This document shows, piece after piece, positions 39,700 through 49,313 of a DNA stretch of 64,000 nt. The translations under genes and the position numbers were made by a program. Source of the DNA: Candidatus Hydrogenedentota bacterium (GTDB taxonomy: Bacteria > Hydrogenedentota > Hydrogenedentia > Hydrogenedentales > JAEUWI01); contig JACPGE010000107.1 in the NCBI GenBank assembly GCA_016182605.1, forward strand, positions 10,631 to 74,630, read 5' to 3'. The stretch's first letter is position 1; the number at the start of each line of letters is the position of its first letter. The notes under the pieces are model-generated. The model did no database searches and was not told the origin of the DNA. It saw only the letters and a list, made by a program, of their open reading frames with translations.

Positions 39700-40711
39700 G
39701 GTCCAGCTCTTCCTGCGTGAGCATCAGCCCGGCGGCGCCCATGGCCTCCGTTGCGCGCGCCGCGTTGCCCGTGCCGATGATGGGCGTGACCGGATTGGGC
39801 CGCCGAAGCAGCCACGCCAGCGCAATCTGGCTGGCGCTACACGAATGCGCCTCCGCCACGCCAATGCACGCAAGCAGCCGCCGGCGGTTCTCCGCCGAAT
39901 CGAACAGCGCGCCGTGCGGTGCGTCGCCACAAAAGCCTCCCTGCGCCCAATCCACATTGGCCGCGCCAAACCAGCCCCCGGCCTGTGCCGTGTACGCCAC
40001 CAACGGAAATCCACCCGCGCGATGCCACGCAAGGTCCTCCGCATTCGCATACCGCATCCCAGGCAGGGGCGGTTCCGGGCGGGGATAGCGCGCACAGGCA
40101 TAGCCAATCTGGCTGGCCACCGGCGCCGGCAGGTGCTGCGCCCTCGCGTAGTCCAGCGCCGCCTGAATCCGCGACGGCTGCCAGTTGGAAAATCCATAAG
40201 TGCGGAAGTGCCCTTCCTCCAGCAGCCGCGTCATCGAGTCGACGATAGCCCCCACGCTCATCTGCTCGTTGTCGCGATGCAGCCAATACAGGTCCACGCT
40301 GTCGAGTTGAAGCCGCTCCAGACTCTCGTGCAGATCGCGCCGTAGTTCCTCATAGCCGCATCGACCGGGCGCGGATAGATCGCTCATCGGCGGGCAGCCG
40401 CCTTTCGTGGCCACAATGAAGCGCCCCCGGGACGGCTGCGTGCGCAACCAGCGCCCAAGGAGACGCTCGCTGGCACCGTCCCTGCCCGGAATCCAGGCCC
40501 CATAGATATGGGCCGTGTCCAAATAATTCCCGCCTGCCCCCGCATAGGCGTCGAGCACGGCGAAACTGGCCTCTTCGGAGACTTCCGCGCCGAAAGATGC
40601 GGTACCCAGGCAGATACGGGAAGGGGTGAGAGCAATTCCTGGAATCAACACGGAATACCGATCCAAAGGGTATTTATGAGGCCACAAACCACCAATGCAC
40701 ACACGATACAA
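39683..40711 (-). CDS. Aldo/keto reductase (start may be TTG 40666)
   Basis: ICLGTASFG, LDTAHIYG, VATKG, SLERLQLDSVDLYWLHRD, GFSNW, QIALAWLL. Confidence 0.9.
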   Translation of the reverse strand: MYRVCIGGLWPHKYPLDRYSVLIPGIALTPSRICLGTASFGAEVSEEASFAVLDAYAGAGGNYLDTAHIYGAWIPGRDGASERLLGRWLRTQPSRGRFIVATKGGCPPMSDLSAPGRCGYEELRRDLHESLERLQLDSVDLYWLHRDNEQMSVGAIVDSMTRLLEEGHFRTYGFSNWQPSRIQAALDYARAQHLPAPVASQIGYACARYPRPEPPLPGMRYANAEDLAWHRAGGFPLVAYTAQAGGWFGAANVDWAQGGFCGDAPHGALFDSAENRRRLLACIGVAEAHSCSASQIALAWLLRRPNPVTPIIGTGNAARATEAMGAAGLMLTQEELDHVARE

Positions 40712-40805
40712 GCGCGGGCGTCAAGAGCGGCAGCACAGCGGTTGAGAGGGAGCCATCCAGAGCGAAGCAGCAGTCTCTGCCCGGCGCGCCCAACCTTATG
40801 TACCA

Positions 40806-40834
40806 AAACTAACATATTGTTATCAATTGGTCAA
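40806..40834 (-). promoter_or_regulatory. Promoter of the AKR-GH51 operon, with operator-like spacer
   Basis: Minus strand TTGACC-AATTGATAACAATatgt(17 bp)-TAGTTT. Confidence 0.55.
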
Positions 40835-41150
40835 GCTTGGCGTGGGCGCGGGACGAGCGATGGCTGATACGCGCTTGTCACGAGAATTATGCGGGCAACT
40901 GCATGTGCCGGAATCCCGCAAATAGGTGATTGCGGCAGCACATAAATTCCTATCTCTCTGTAATCCACCCAAACTTCCCCCGCAGCCCACAAATTCCCCC
41001 CCAAGTTCCAGCAATTGACCCCGGGCCCACCTCTTTTCTTGACAAGACAACCAGATTGTACATTTTTGTGCAGGTGGTAGTGTTTCCTTTGTGCGCATAC
41101 CATATATTGTGGTCGATCTTCTAAGCCTCTGCCAGCAATGGAGAAAGAAC

Positions 41151-41230
41151 GGTGGTTCTTGGTAGAAATGGGTTGACTTTGGGGTGGATTGGTGGTAAAT
41201 TGCGGGTAATTCAGGGGCAAATTTGTGGGA
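41151..41230 (+). promoter_or_regulatory. dcw promoter with MraZ-binding repeat array
   Basis: TTGACT(41173)-17 bp-TAAATT(41196); G-rich boxes at about 10-bp spacing (GGTGG 41151, GGTAG 41161, GGTTG 41171, GGGGT 41181, GGTGG 41191, TGTGGG 41224), resembling known MraZ TGGGN/GTGG repeats. Confidence 0.7.
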
Positions 41231-41247
41231 TATCGGAACCCTTAACC

Positions 41248-41727
41248 ATGTACTACGGCGAAACACAGACCGCACTAGACGACAAAGGCCGTCTCAATGT
41301 GCCGATCCATTTTCGCAAGGTCATGGAAGACAATGATCACGAGACCTGGTTTCTCACCAGGGGCTTCGACGGCGCCATTTTCCTGTTCAACCTCCAGAAA
41401 TGGCAGTCTCTGGTGGATTCAGGGCAGGAATTCTCGCCGCTCGACCCCCGCATGCTGGATTTCCGGCGGCTTTTCCTTGGCAGTGTGGCCAAGGTGAAGC
41501 GCGACAAAGCCGGTCGCCTCGCCATCCCATCCTATTTGCGGGAATACGCCGGTATTGATCGGGATGCGGTGCTTTTGGGTGTGGAAGACCATCTGGAGCT
41601 CTGGAGCAAGACCAATTGGGTCGCCTTCCAGCAGCAACAAATGGCGCAATATAAAGCCATGGCCGGCGATCTGTTCCGGTCAGGCAAGGTAGGCAACGAA
41701 GGAGACGCGCGGGATGCTAAGCATTGA
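41248..41727 (+). CDS. mraZ: Division/cell-wall cluster transcriptional repressor MraZ
   Basis: LDDKGRL and DKAGRLAIP (two DxxxR motifs), LLGVEDHLELW; position at the head of dcw. Confidence 0.95.
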   Translation: MYYGETQTALDDKGRLNVPIHFRKVMEDNDHETWFLTRGFDGAIFLFNLQKWQSLVDSGQEFSPLDPRMLDFRRLFLGSVAKVKRDKAGRLAIPSYLREYAGIDRDAVLLGVEDHLELWSKTNWVAFQQQQMAQYKAMAGDLFRSGKVGNEGDARDAKH

Positions 41728-42064
41728 TCGGTTGGAAACGGGTGCGGTCACAGTACTGCGCCTCTCGGGTGACATTGACGAAAACGGGATGAATGACCTG
41801 CGTACAGCCCTCATGAGCTGCATTCAGGATCATCGCTGCAACGTGGTGGTCAACCTGAAAGACGTAAAGTTCGTGTCCTACATGGGCGTCGGCGTCCTCG
41901 TGGAGCGGCTGCGTCAGCTCCGTTCCCACAAGGGCGACATGAAGCTCACCGGCGTGAACCTGTACACCGAACGCCTCTTCCGCATGGTCGGCGTCACCAA
42001 CGTCTTCGCGACCTATGCCACGGAAGATCAGGCGATCCGCCACTATCAGGAAGTCGCCGCCTAA
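41714..42064 (+). CDS. STAS-domain (anti-sigma factor antagonist-like) protein
   Basis: VLRLSGDID, VVVNLKDVKFVSYMGVGVL, RLFRMVG; GAAGGAGA RBS; overlaps the mraZ stop. Confidence 0.85.
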   Translation: MLSIDRLETGAVTVLRLSGDIDENGMNDLRTALMSCIQDHRCNVVVNLKDVKFVSYMGVGVLVERLRQLRSHKGDMKLTGVNLYTERLFRMVGVTNVFATYATEDQAIRHYQEVAA

Positions 42065-42138
42065 CCGTGGTTCCCGTGGGTGGGCCCGGCACTTTGGCGC
42101 GTCGCGCGTCCCGGGCCTGAAGGGTGTCTTCGGTGAAT

Positions 42139-43071
42139 ATGCCGCTCCATATCCCCGTGCTGGCAGAGCCGGTCCTGCATTGGCTCTCGCCGGATCCCGA
42201 AGGCATTTATGTCGATTGTACTGCGGGCGCTGGCGGTCACAGCGCCCTTATTGCGGCCCGTTTAACCACGGGGCGCCTGCTTGCGCTGGATCGCGACCCC
42301 GTGGCTGTGGACATGGCCGCGCGGCGCTTGGCGCCGTATCCGTGTGCACAGGTCGTGCAGCACCGTTACAGCGCGCTACAGGAGATTCTGGAAGACAGAG
42401 GCATTGCCATGGTGGATGGAATCTTGATAGACGCGGGCTGCAGCAGCATGCAGCTCGACGCGCCCGGGCGGGGCTTCTCCTTTCAATCCGAAGGGCCGCT
42501 CGACATGCGCATGGATCCCACCCGCGGTCTGCCCGCACACGCCTTTCTCGCCACGCTCAGCCAGCACGAACTCGCCGATCTTCTCCGCCGTTTTGGCGAT
42601 GTCTCCAACGCGGGCCGGATCGCGGCCGCCATTGCAGCGCGCGCGAAAGCGGGCGCCCTCCAGACCACGACCGATCTCCGCCAGGCCGTCTCCGAGGCCC
42701 TGCCTTTCGTCAACGGCATGCCCGACGAAGTGCGCACGGTATTCCAGGCCATACGCATCGCCGTAAATGAAGAACTCGAAGAACTCCACCTCGCCCTCAC
42801 ACGCGCTCTCGCGCTGCTCAAGCCCGGTGGCCGCCTGGTCACCATCGCCTTTCACTCTGGCGAAGACCGCGTGCAAAAGGAAGTCTACAAAGCTGCGTCA
42901 CGCCGCCGCCTCGATCGTCACCCCGATGGCCGCACTAAGACCGTATGGCCGCCCATCATCCGCATTTTGACCCCGAGCCCGGTACTGCCCACACCGGAAG
43001 AAATTGCAGCCAATCCGCGCGCGAAAAGCGCCAAGCTTCGCGCTGTAGAGAAGCTGCCCGCACAGGAGTAG
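42139..43071 (+). CDS. rsmH: 16S rRNA m4C1402 methyltransferase
   Basis: HIPVL, DCTAGAGGHS, SSMQLD..RGFSF, PLDMRMD, FQAIRIAVN, FHSGED, NPRAKSAKLR. Confidence 0.95.
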   Translation: MPLHIPVLAEPVLHWLSPDPEGIYVDCTAGAGGHSALIAARLTTGRLLALDRDPVAVDMAARRLAPYPCAQVVQHRYSALQEILEDRGIAMVDGILIDAGCSSMQLDAPGRGFSFQSEGPLDMRMDPTRGLPAHAFLATLSQHELADLLRRFGDVSNAGRIAAAIAARAKAGALQTTTDLRQAVSEALPFVNGMPDEVRTVFQAIRIAVNEELEELHLALTRALALLKPGGRLVTIAFHSGEDRVQKEVYKAASRRRLDRHPDGRTKTVWPPIIRILTPSPVLPTPEEIAANPRAKSAKLRAVEKLPAQE

Positions 43072-43077
43072 GAGCCC

Positions 43078-43689
43078 ATGAGAAAACTGGAACGCATCCG
43101 CCGCCGGCGCGCCCTCTGGGGCTGGATCAAATGGAGCCCGGTCCTCTTCATCCTTTTCAGTTTTCTCTTTGCGGACGTGTGGCTCAACATTGAAACGCGG
43201 CGGCACGACTATGCCTACATTGAATTGAACAGCGCCATTCGCGAAGTGCGCAAGGAGATCAAGGATCTCAAGCGCGATCGCGCCAGCCTCGAAACCTTCG
43301 ATCAACTCGCCCAGGTCGCGCCCGATCTGGGCCTGCAAGAGCCCGAGCCGGATCAAATCGAGACCATCACCTTCCGCGCGGAGCCTCTGCTCCCGAAAGA
43401 GCCCCTTTCTTCGATGATCACCGCGGAGGCGAAACCGGCGCCGGCCACCGCGATTGAAAACCGCATCGCCGCCGTCCTGGGCGACGTTGCCCAGCTACAG
43501 ACCCGCTCAACCACGGTTGTGCAATGGCTGCGGGATCAGGTCAAAGAAAATCTCCCTACTTTGTCCGACAAGGTGGAACAGGCTCTCGCGCCCGCCCCGG
43601 CAGACGAGGCCACCGCCTCGGTGGCCGAAGCGGAACCGGAATCCGAAAGCCTCGACGAATCCATTCCGGACCTGTTGGGGCATCTCTGA
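43078..43689 (+). CDS. ftsL: Cell division protein FtsL-like, with long acidic tail
   Basis: Short basic N-terminus, single TM, coiled coil, A..LGL..P; located between rsmH and ftsI. Confidence 0.7.
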   Translation: MRKLERIRRRRALWGWIKWSPVLFILFSFLFADVWLNIETRRHDYAYIELNSAIREVRKEIKDLKRDRASLETFDQLAQVAPDLGLQEPEPDQIETITFRAEPLLPKEPLSSMITAEAKPAPATAIENRIAAVLGDVAQLQTRSTTVVQWLRDQVKENLPTLSDKVEQALAPAPADEATASVAEAEPESESLDESIPDLLGHL

Positions 43690-43726
43690 AATTATGCGGC
43701 CAGGGGACTGGTTTGGAAGAGGCACT

Positions 43727-46000
43727 ATGGCAGCACCAAAGAAATCCGGCAGGCATGCCGAAGAGCGCGCACAGAAATTCGGCGGGCCGCCCCAGCCCGT
43801 AAACCGGAATCGCATCCGTTGGGTTGTCTACACCTTCGCCGCCATTTTCTGCGTCATCTCCCTTCGCCTCGTCTTCTTGCACCTCCGGCCGCGTGCGGAA
43901 CTCACGAATGAAGAGCGCGTTCACGTTGGCTACAGCGAGATGCACCGCGGACGCGGCGAAATCTTCGATCGCAATGGCCTTCTTCTCGCCACCGAGAAGG
44001 AAGTCCCCTCGCTCTGGGCCGACACGCGCAAAGTAAAAAACGCCCCCGAACTCGCCAAACGCCTCTCTGCCGCCTTCGGCCTCGAAGAATCCAAAGTGCT
44101 TGCGCTGCTCACGGAAAAGTCGAAGTCGGGCGATCCCATGAAGTTTGTTTGGATCAAGCGCTGGATCAATGCGATGCCCCTGGAGGAACTGGAGGCCTTC
44201 GTCAAGACGCTGGGCGAGGGTTTCGCCCTGAAAATGGAGTCCAGCCGTTACTACCCCCAGGGGGACACCGCCGCGCACGTGATCGGCTTTGTGAACCGCA
44301 GCGGGGATCCCTGGGAGGGGCTCGAACTCAATTTCGATCCCTGCCTGCGCGGCGTTTCCGGATTCTTTCGCGCGCGCAAAGACGGCAAGCAGCGCCTCCT
44401 CGAGTCCCTCACCCTCGAATACACCGCGCCCGCAGGTGGCGACATGGTGCAACTCACGCTCGACACCGCCATTCAGCACACCCTCGAAGAAGCCATCGAT
44501 CGCCGTATGGAGGAGTGCAAGGCCGTTGGCGGCATGGGCGTCGTCATGGATCCGCACACAGGGGCCATCCTCGCGCTCGCTACCCGCCCGGCCTTCAACG
44601 CCAACAACTATGAAGACTACCCCAAATCGCTCTGGAAAAACCGCGCGCTGCTTGAGATGTTCGAGCCGGGCTCCGCGTTCAAGATCGTTACTGCCGCCGC
44701 TGCCCTGGAACATGGCCTAATCACCCCCGATACCATGATCGACTGCGAGAACGGGCGCTACGCCCCCTACAAACGGCGCATCATCAAAGACGTGCACAAG
44801 CTCGGAGTCGAGCCCTTCCGCCATTGTTTCGCCGAGTCCAGCAACATCGCCATGATCAAGATCGCCTCCCAGCTCGGCGAAGAGCGCCTCGATCAGTGGA
44901 TCCGCCGTTTCGGCTTCGGCCAGCGCACGGCGCCCGACTTCAAGCACGAGACCGCCGGCGTGTACCGGCCCCGAAACGAGTGGTCCGGATTCTCCATGGG
45001 CTCCCTGCCGATGGGACAGGAAATCTCCGTCACGATTCTCCAACTCGCGCGGGCGTTTGGCGTTATCGCGAACGGTGGCTTCCTCGTCGATCCCTACGTG
45101 GTGGAGCGCGCCGTCAGTCAGGAGGGCGAAATCACCTACCAGCACGACATGTCGCACAAGACCCGGATTATTTCCCCCGAAACCGCCGCCACCATGGTCG
45201 ATTTGAGCTATGGGGTCGTCCTCGAAGGCACGGGAGACGACGCGGCCATTCCGGAATACCGCGTCGGCGGCAAAACAGGCACCGCGCAAATCGCGAGCAA
45301 GACCCGGCGGGGCTACGAAGAGGGCCATTACACCACCGTATTTGCGGGCTTTGCGCCCATTCGCGATCCGCGCCTCGTGTGCGTGATTGTCATTCAGGAG
45401 CCCATGATCAAGCTCCACTTTGGCGGCTATGTCTGCGGTCCCGTCTTTAAGGAAGTCATGCGCGACAGCCTGATCCGCCTCAATGTCCCCCTCGATCCCA
45501 TGGAAGGCTACACGCCGCCCGAGCGGCCCGCACCCGATGCCGAAATGGACCCCGAGGATTCCGCGCCTGAAAATACCCTCTGGCTGGCCAACGCCTACGA
45601 GGAAGAATCGGCCGCGGAAGGTGACACGGCCGGCGCCATGGAACCCGTATCGAACGAACTTGGGGATGTGGACACCGTCGTGCCGCCCATCAATCCCAAA
45701 GAACTCGACAGTTCCCTCGAAATGCTCATGGAGCCCCTCGAGCCCCTGGAACTTGTCGCCGTGAACGAGGATAGCACCTCTACACAGCCGCGGCTCCCCG
45801 ATCTGGCCGGCATGACCCGCCAACAGGTCCAGGAATCGCTTCGCGCTTTTGGTATTCCCCTGGATCCCCTGGGCACCGGGTGGGCCGTCCAGCAGTTCCC
45901 TAAACCCGGCACCCCGCTCTCCCATATCAAGATCTGTAAAGTTCAATTTTCCACCGAAAAAGCAGTTCATGAAGCACCTGAAGCCACTGTCACTCCCTGA
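43727..46000 (+). CDS. ftsI: Class B penicillin-binding protein (FtsI/SpoVD-like) with acidic linker and PASTA domain
   Basis: RGEIFDRNG, EPGSAFK (SxxK), ESSN (SxN), GGKTGTAQ; C-terminal LPDLAGM...QQFPKPG. Confidence 0.88.
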   Translation: MAAPKKSGRHAEERAQKFGGPPQPVNRNRIRWVVYTFAAIFCVISLRLVFLHLRPRAELTNEERVHVGYSEMHRGRGEIFDRNGLLLATEKEVPSLWADTRKVKNAPELAKRLSAAFGLEESKVLALLTEKSKSGDPMKFVWIKRWINAMPLEELEAFVKTLGEGFALKMESSRYYPQGDTAAHVIGFVNRSGDPWEGLELNFDPCLRGVSGFFRARKDGKQRLLESLTLEYTAPAGGDMVQLTLDTAIQHTLEEAIDRRMEECKAVGGMGVVMDPHTGAILALATRPAFNANNYEDYPKSLWKNRALLEMFEPGSAFKIVTAAAALEHGLITPDTMIDCENGRYAPYKRRIIKDVHKLGVEPFRHCFAESSNIAMIKIASQLGEERLDQWIRRFGFGQRTAPDFKHETAGVYRPRNEWSGFSMGSLPMGQEISVTILQLARAFGVIANGGFLVDPYVVERAVSQEGEITYQHDMSHKTRIISPETAATMVDLSYGVVLEGTGDDAAIPEYRVGGKTGTAQIASKTRRGYEEGHYTTVFAGFAPIRDPRLVCVIVIQEPMIKLHFGGYVCGPVFKEVMRDSLIRLNVPLDPMEGYTPPERPAPDAEMDPEDSAPENTLWLANAYEEESAAEGDTAGAMEPVSNELGDVDTVVPPINPKELDSSLEMLMEPLEPLELVAVNEDSTSTQPRLPDLAGMTRQQVQESLRAFGIPLDPLGTGWAVQQFPKPGTPLSHIKICKVQFSTEKAVHEAPEATVTP

Positions 46001-47456
46001 AGTGTGTTCCCTCCTCGGCGCGGCCTTGCAGACCGCGCCTGTGCCGTCTTTTGTTGATCATGTGACGGAAGATTCCCGCCGCGTCAGAAAGGGCAGTCTC
46101 TTCGTGGCGATGGAAGGCGGCCACGCCAATGGCTATGACTTTCTCGAAGCCGCCGCGGCCCAGGGCGCCTCCGCCTTTCTCGGCGCGAAGGAACTGCCCG
46201 GCCTGCTCTACGGCGTGCCCTACCTTCGCCACCCTCACCCGCGTCAGGCACTCGGCATTCTCGCCCACGCCCTCCGCGGCAATCCCACGCAGTCCATGGC
46301 CGTCACCGGTGTTACCGGCACCAACGGCAAATCCAGCACCGTCGCCCTGGCCACCGCCATCCTGCGGGCTGCCGGCCACCGCACCGGCCAATTCGGCACC
46401 CTTGGCTATAGCATTGGCGGAGAGACCCGCCCCGCGCCCCACACCACGCCCTTTGGCGAAACCCTTGCCGCCCTGTGTGCGGACGCCGCGGAAGCGGGCG
46501 CCACCCACATCGTGATGGAGACCAGTTCACACGCGCTCGATCAGGAGCGAGTCGCGGGGATCCAATTCACCGTGGGGGCCTTCACCAATCTCACGCAAGA
46601 CCACCTCGATTATCACGGCGGCATGGAGCGCTATTTCGCGGCCAAGGCCAAACTCTTTGAGCGTCTGCCCCAGGGCACGGGCGTCGCCGTTCTTAACCGG
46701 GGCGACGCCGCCTGGAAACAGCTTCGCGCGGCGACCACCGCGCGCGTCCTCACCTATGGCAAAGGCGGCGACTGCCGCGCGGAGTCCCTTAAACTTGCGC
46801 TGGACGCAAGCGCCTTCAACCTCGCCACGCCCTGGGGTGAAGTTCCGGTGCGTATGCAGCTCATCGGCCGCCACAATGTGGAAAACGCCCTCTGCGCCGC
46901 CACCATCGCGGGCGCCCTCGACGTGAACCTGGATCGCATTGCACAGGCGCTCAGCACCTTTGAAACCGTTCCGGGACGTTTTGAACGGATCGACATGGGC
47001 CAGCCCTTCTCCGTGGTGGTGGATTACGCCCATACCGACGATGGCCTGAAGAATGTGCTCCAAACCGCGCGCGCCCTCTGCGACAAGCGCGTCATCACCG
47101 TTTTCGGCTGCGGCGGCGATCGGGATCGCGGGAAACGCCCCAAGATGGGCGCCGTCGCGGCTCAGCTCTCCGACTATTGCATCATCACTTCAGACAATCC
47201 GCGCACGGAGGATCCCTGCCGGATTCTCCTGGATGTTGAAGTGGGCGTGCAGCGCGAGGGCAAGGAAAAACAGCAGGACTACGAAGTTATCGAATCGCGC
47301 GCCGAGGCCATTGCGCGCGCCCTGGATCTGGCCCGCCCCGGGGACATCGTGCTTATTGCGGGGAAAGGCCATGAAGACTACCAGATTATCGGCACGGAGA
47401 AGTTTCACTTCGACGATCGGGAAGTCGCACGCGATCTGTTGAAGGACAAGTGCTGA
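45969..47456 (+). CDS. murE: UDP-MurNAc-tripeptide synthetase (meso-DAP type)
   Basis: VTGTNGKSS, TNLTQDHLDYH, VDYAHT, FGCGGDRD, SDNPR, AGKGHE. Confidence 0.95.
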   Translation: MKHLKPLSLPEVCSLLGAALQTAPVPSFVDHVTEDSRRVRKGSLFVAMEGGHANGYDFLEAAAAQGASAFLGAKELPGLLYGVPYLRHPHPRQALGILAHALRGNPTQSMAVTGVTGTNGKSSTVALATAILRAAGHRTGQFGTLGYSIGGETRPAPHTTPFGETLAALCADAAEAGATHIVMETSSHALDQERVAGIQFTVGAFTNLTQDHLDYHGGMERYFAAKAKLFERLPQGTGVAVLNRGDAAWKQLRAATTARVLTYGKGGDCRAESLKLALDASAFNLATPWGEVPVRMQLIGRHNVENALCAATIAGALDVNLDRIAQALSTFETVPGRFERIDMGQPFSVVVDYAHTDDGLKNVLQTARALCDKRVITVFGCGGDRDRGKRPKMGAVAAQLSDYCIITSDNPRTEDPCRILLDVEVGVQREGKEKQQDYEVIESRAEAIARALDLARPGDIVLIAGKGHEDYQIIGTEKFHFDDREVARDLLKDKC

Positions 47457-47842
47457 TGGCAGGCGCATCCGCTCAACGCGTTCAGGCCGGGGTGAGTGGC
47501 CGTCCCCTGCGCGCTCTTGGCAGGCGCGCCGCTTCGGGGCCCCGGCACAGCGAAAAGCGCGAAATCCCCGCTGCCGGCACGCCGGGCGAAAGCGCCCGCG
47601 GGCACAATCCCCGTTGTTTGCCCGTGCACGGCTGCATGCTGCTCGCGCAGAACCCCCAGGCCTGTGCTATGATCGGGCCGGTCACAGCGCCGGATTTTCC
47701 CGCCGGCGCGCGCCCCATCTGCAATGCTCCGGCGGGCGCTTTTTCCCGCGGCGCACCCGCCACATTGGGCCCGTCAAACCCCGGTGCGCGTTCCGGCGCG
47801 CCGCTGAATCAACGCCCCCACATGGAAAACGAAGGATAAGGA

Positions 47843-49312
47843 ATGTTCTATTACCTGGCCGTTGCGTTGATTCCGCGGATCAGCGCGCTGAATGTGCTGA
47901 CCTACCACACTGTGCGTGCGGGAGGCGCCGCATTGACCGGCTTTATCCTTTGCCTGATTCTGGGGCCGTGGGTCATCCGCCAGTTGCGCGCCCTCAAGGT
48001 GGGCCAGTTCATCAAGAAAGAGCATGTCGCCGATCTGCATGCCCTGCACAAGGGCAAGGCCGGCACCCCAACCATGGGGGGCGTGCTCATCCTGCTCTCT
48101 ACCACCCTCTCGCTCTTCCTGTGGAGCCCCATGGACAACCGCCTCCTGTGGGTCGCCCTCGGCGCGCTGCTCATGCTCGGCATCGTGGGGTTTCTCGACG
48201 ACTTCATCAAGCTGCGCCGCAAACACAACGACGGCCTCAGCGCGCGCGCCAAATTCGCCGGCCAGATCCTCACCGGCGGTGTCATGGGGCTCTACCTGCT
48301 TTTCAACCCGATCACGGTCAATCCCACCTACCTCTTCGAGCGCGACATGACCGACTGGACGCCCATCGCCCGGGCCATTCGCGAGGCACAAACGCCCGCC
48401 ACCGCGCGCATCTGGAACGCCCTGAACCCGCAGACGCAAACCATCTTTCGAGAGGCCGGCGCCGAGACGGGCTTTCACCAGTTCACCCAGCAGATCATGG
48501 TGCAGCAACTCAATGAACTCCTGGAAGACCCCACACTCTTCACCGCGGAACAGTGGGTCCCCGAAGCCGATTCCGAAGCAGACGGGCTCTTGCGCCGGGG
48601 CCGCGAGAGCCTGAGCACCCGGGAACTCCTGCGGTTGAACCGGCTCTTTCTCGAACACGCCATCCCGGATCAGTTCACGGCCACACCCGCCAATCTCCAC
48701 ACCCGCGTTGGCGTGCCCGGTTTCAAAAGCTGGCTTATTCCGCTGGGACCGCTGTACGTTTTCTTCGTCATCTTCATCATCGTCAGCATCTCCAACGCCG
48801 TCAACCTGACCGATGGCCTGGACGGGCTCGCCGCAGGCGCCTCCGTGGTCTCCATCGCCGCCTTCGCCGCCATCGCATACGTCGTCAGCCGCGCGGACTG
48901 GTCCAGCTATCTCTATCTCATGTACGTGCCGGAGGCCAGCGAACTCTTCGTCTTCGGCGCCGCACTCCTCGGCACAGGCCTGGGTTTCCTCTGGTACAAC
49001 GCGCACCCCGCTGAGGTCTTCATGGGAGACACCGGTTCCCTTGCACTCGGCGGCGCCATCGGCACCATGGCCATCCTCACCAAGCAGGAACTCCTGCTGC
49101 CGATCATCGCCGGACTCTTCGTCATGGAAGCCGCCAGCGTCGTCATCCAGGTGGCCTCCTTCAAACTGACCGGCAAGCGTGTTTTTCGCATGGCCCCCCT
49201 GCACCATCACTTCGAACTGCTCGGCTGGTCCGAAACCAAAGTCACCATGCGCTTCTGGATCATCGCCTTCCTTTTTGCCATTATGAGTCTCGGAACCCTG
49301 AAGCTGCGCTGA
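47843..49312 (+). CDS. mraY: Phospho-MurNAc-pentapeptide transferase with an approximately 130-aa insertion
   Basis: [44 protein letters not shown]. Confidence 0.95.
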   Translation: MFYYLAVALIPRISALNVLTYHTVRAGGAALTGFILCLILGPWVIRQLRALKVGQFIKKEHVADLHALHKGKAGTPTMGGVLILLSTTLSLFLWSPMDNRLLWVALGALLMLGIVGFLDDFIKLRRKHNDGLSARAKFAGQILTGGVMGLYLLFNPITVNPTYLFERDMTDWTPIARAIREAQTPATARIWNALNPQTQTIFREAGAETGFHQFTQQIMVQQLNELLEDPTLFTAEQWVPEADSEADGLLRRGRESLSTRELLRLNRLFLEHAIPDQFTATPANLHTRVGVPGFKSWLIPLGPLYVFFVIFIIVSISNAVNLTDGLDGLAAGASVVSIAAFAAIAYVVSRADWSSYLYLMYVPEASELFVFGAALLGTGLGFLWYNAHPAEVFMGDTGSLALGGAIGTMAILTKQELLLPIIAGLFVMEAASVVIQVASFKLTGKRVFRMAPLHHHFELLGWSETKVTMRFWIIAFLFAIMSLGTLKLR

Positions 49313-49313
49313 T

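Noticed and set aside
37051-39720. 889-aa + strand ORF
   Set aside because: Antisense shadow of the GH51 gene at 37462-39699
47450-47839. 129-aa ORF in the murF position
   Set aside because: Ala/Pro/Arg/Gly-rich with no Mur ligase motif; probably spurious
48305-48700. Intein in MraY
   Set aside because: No C/S-start or HN-C/S/T end motifs and no Hint-like pattern
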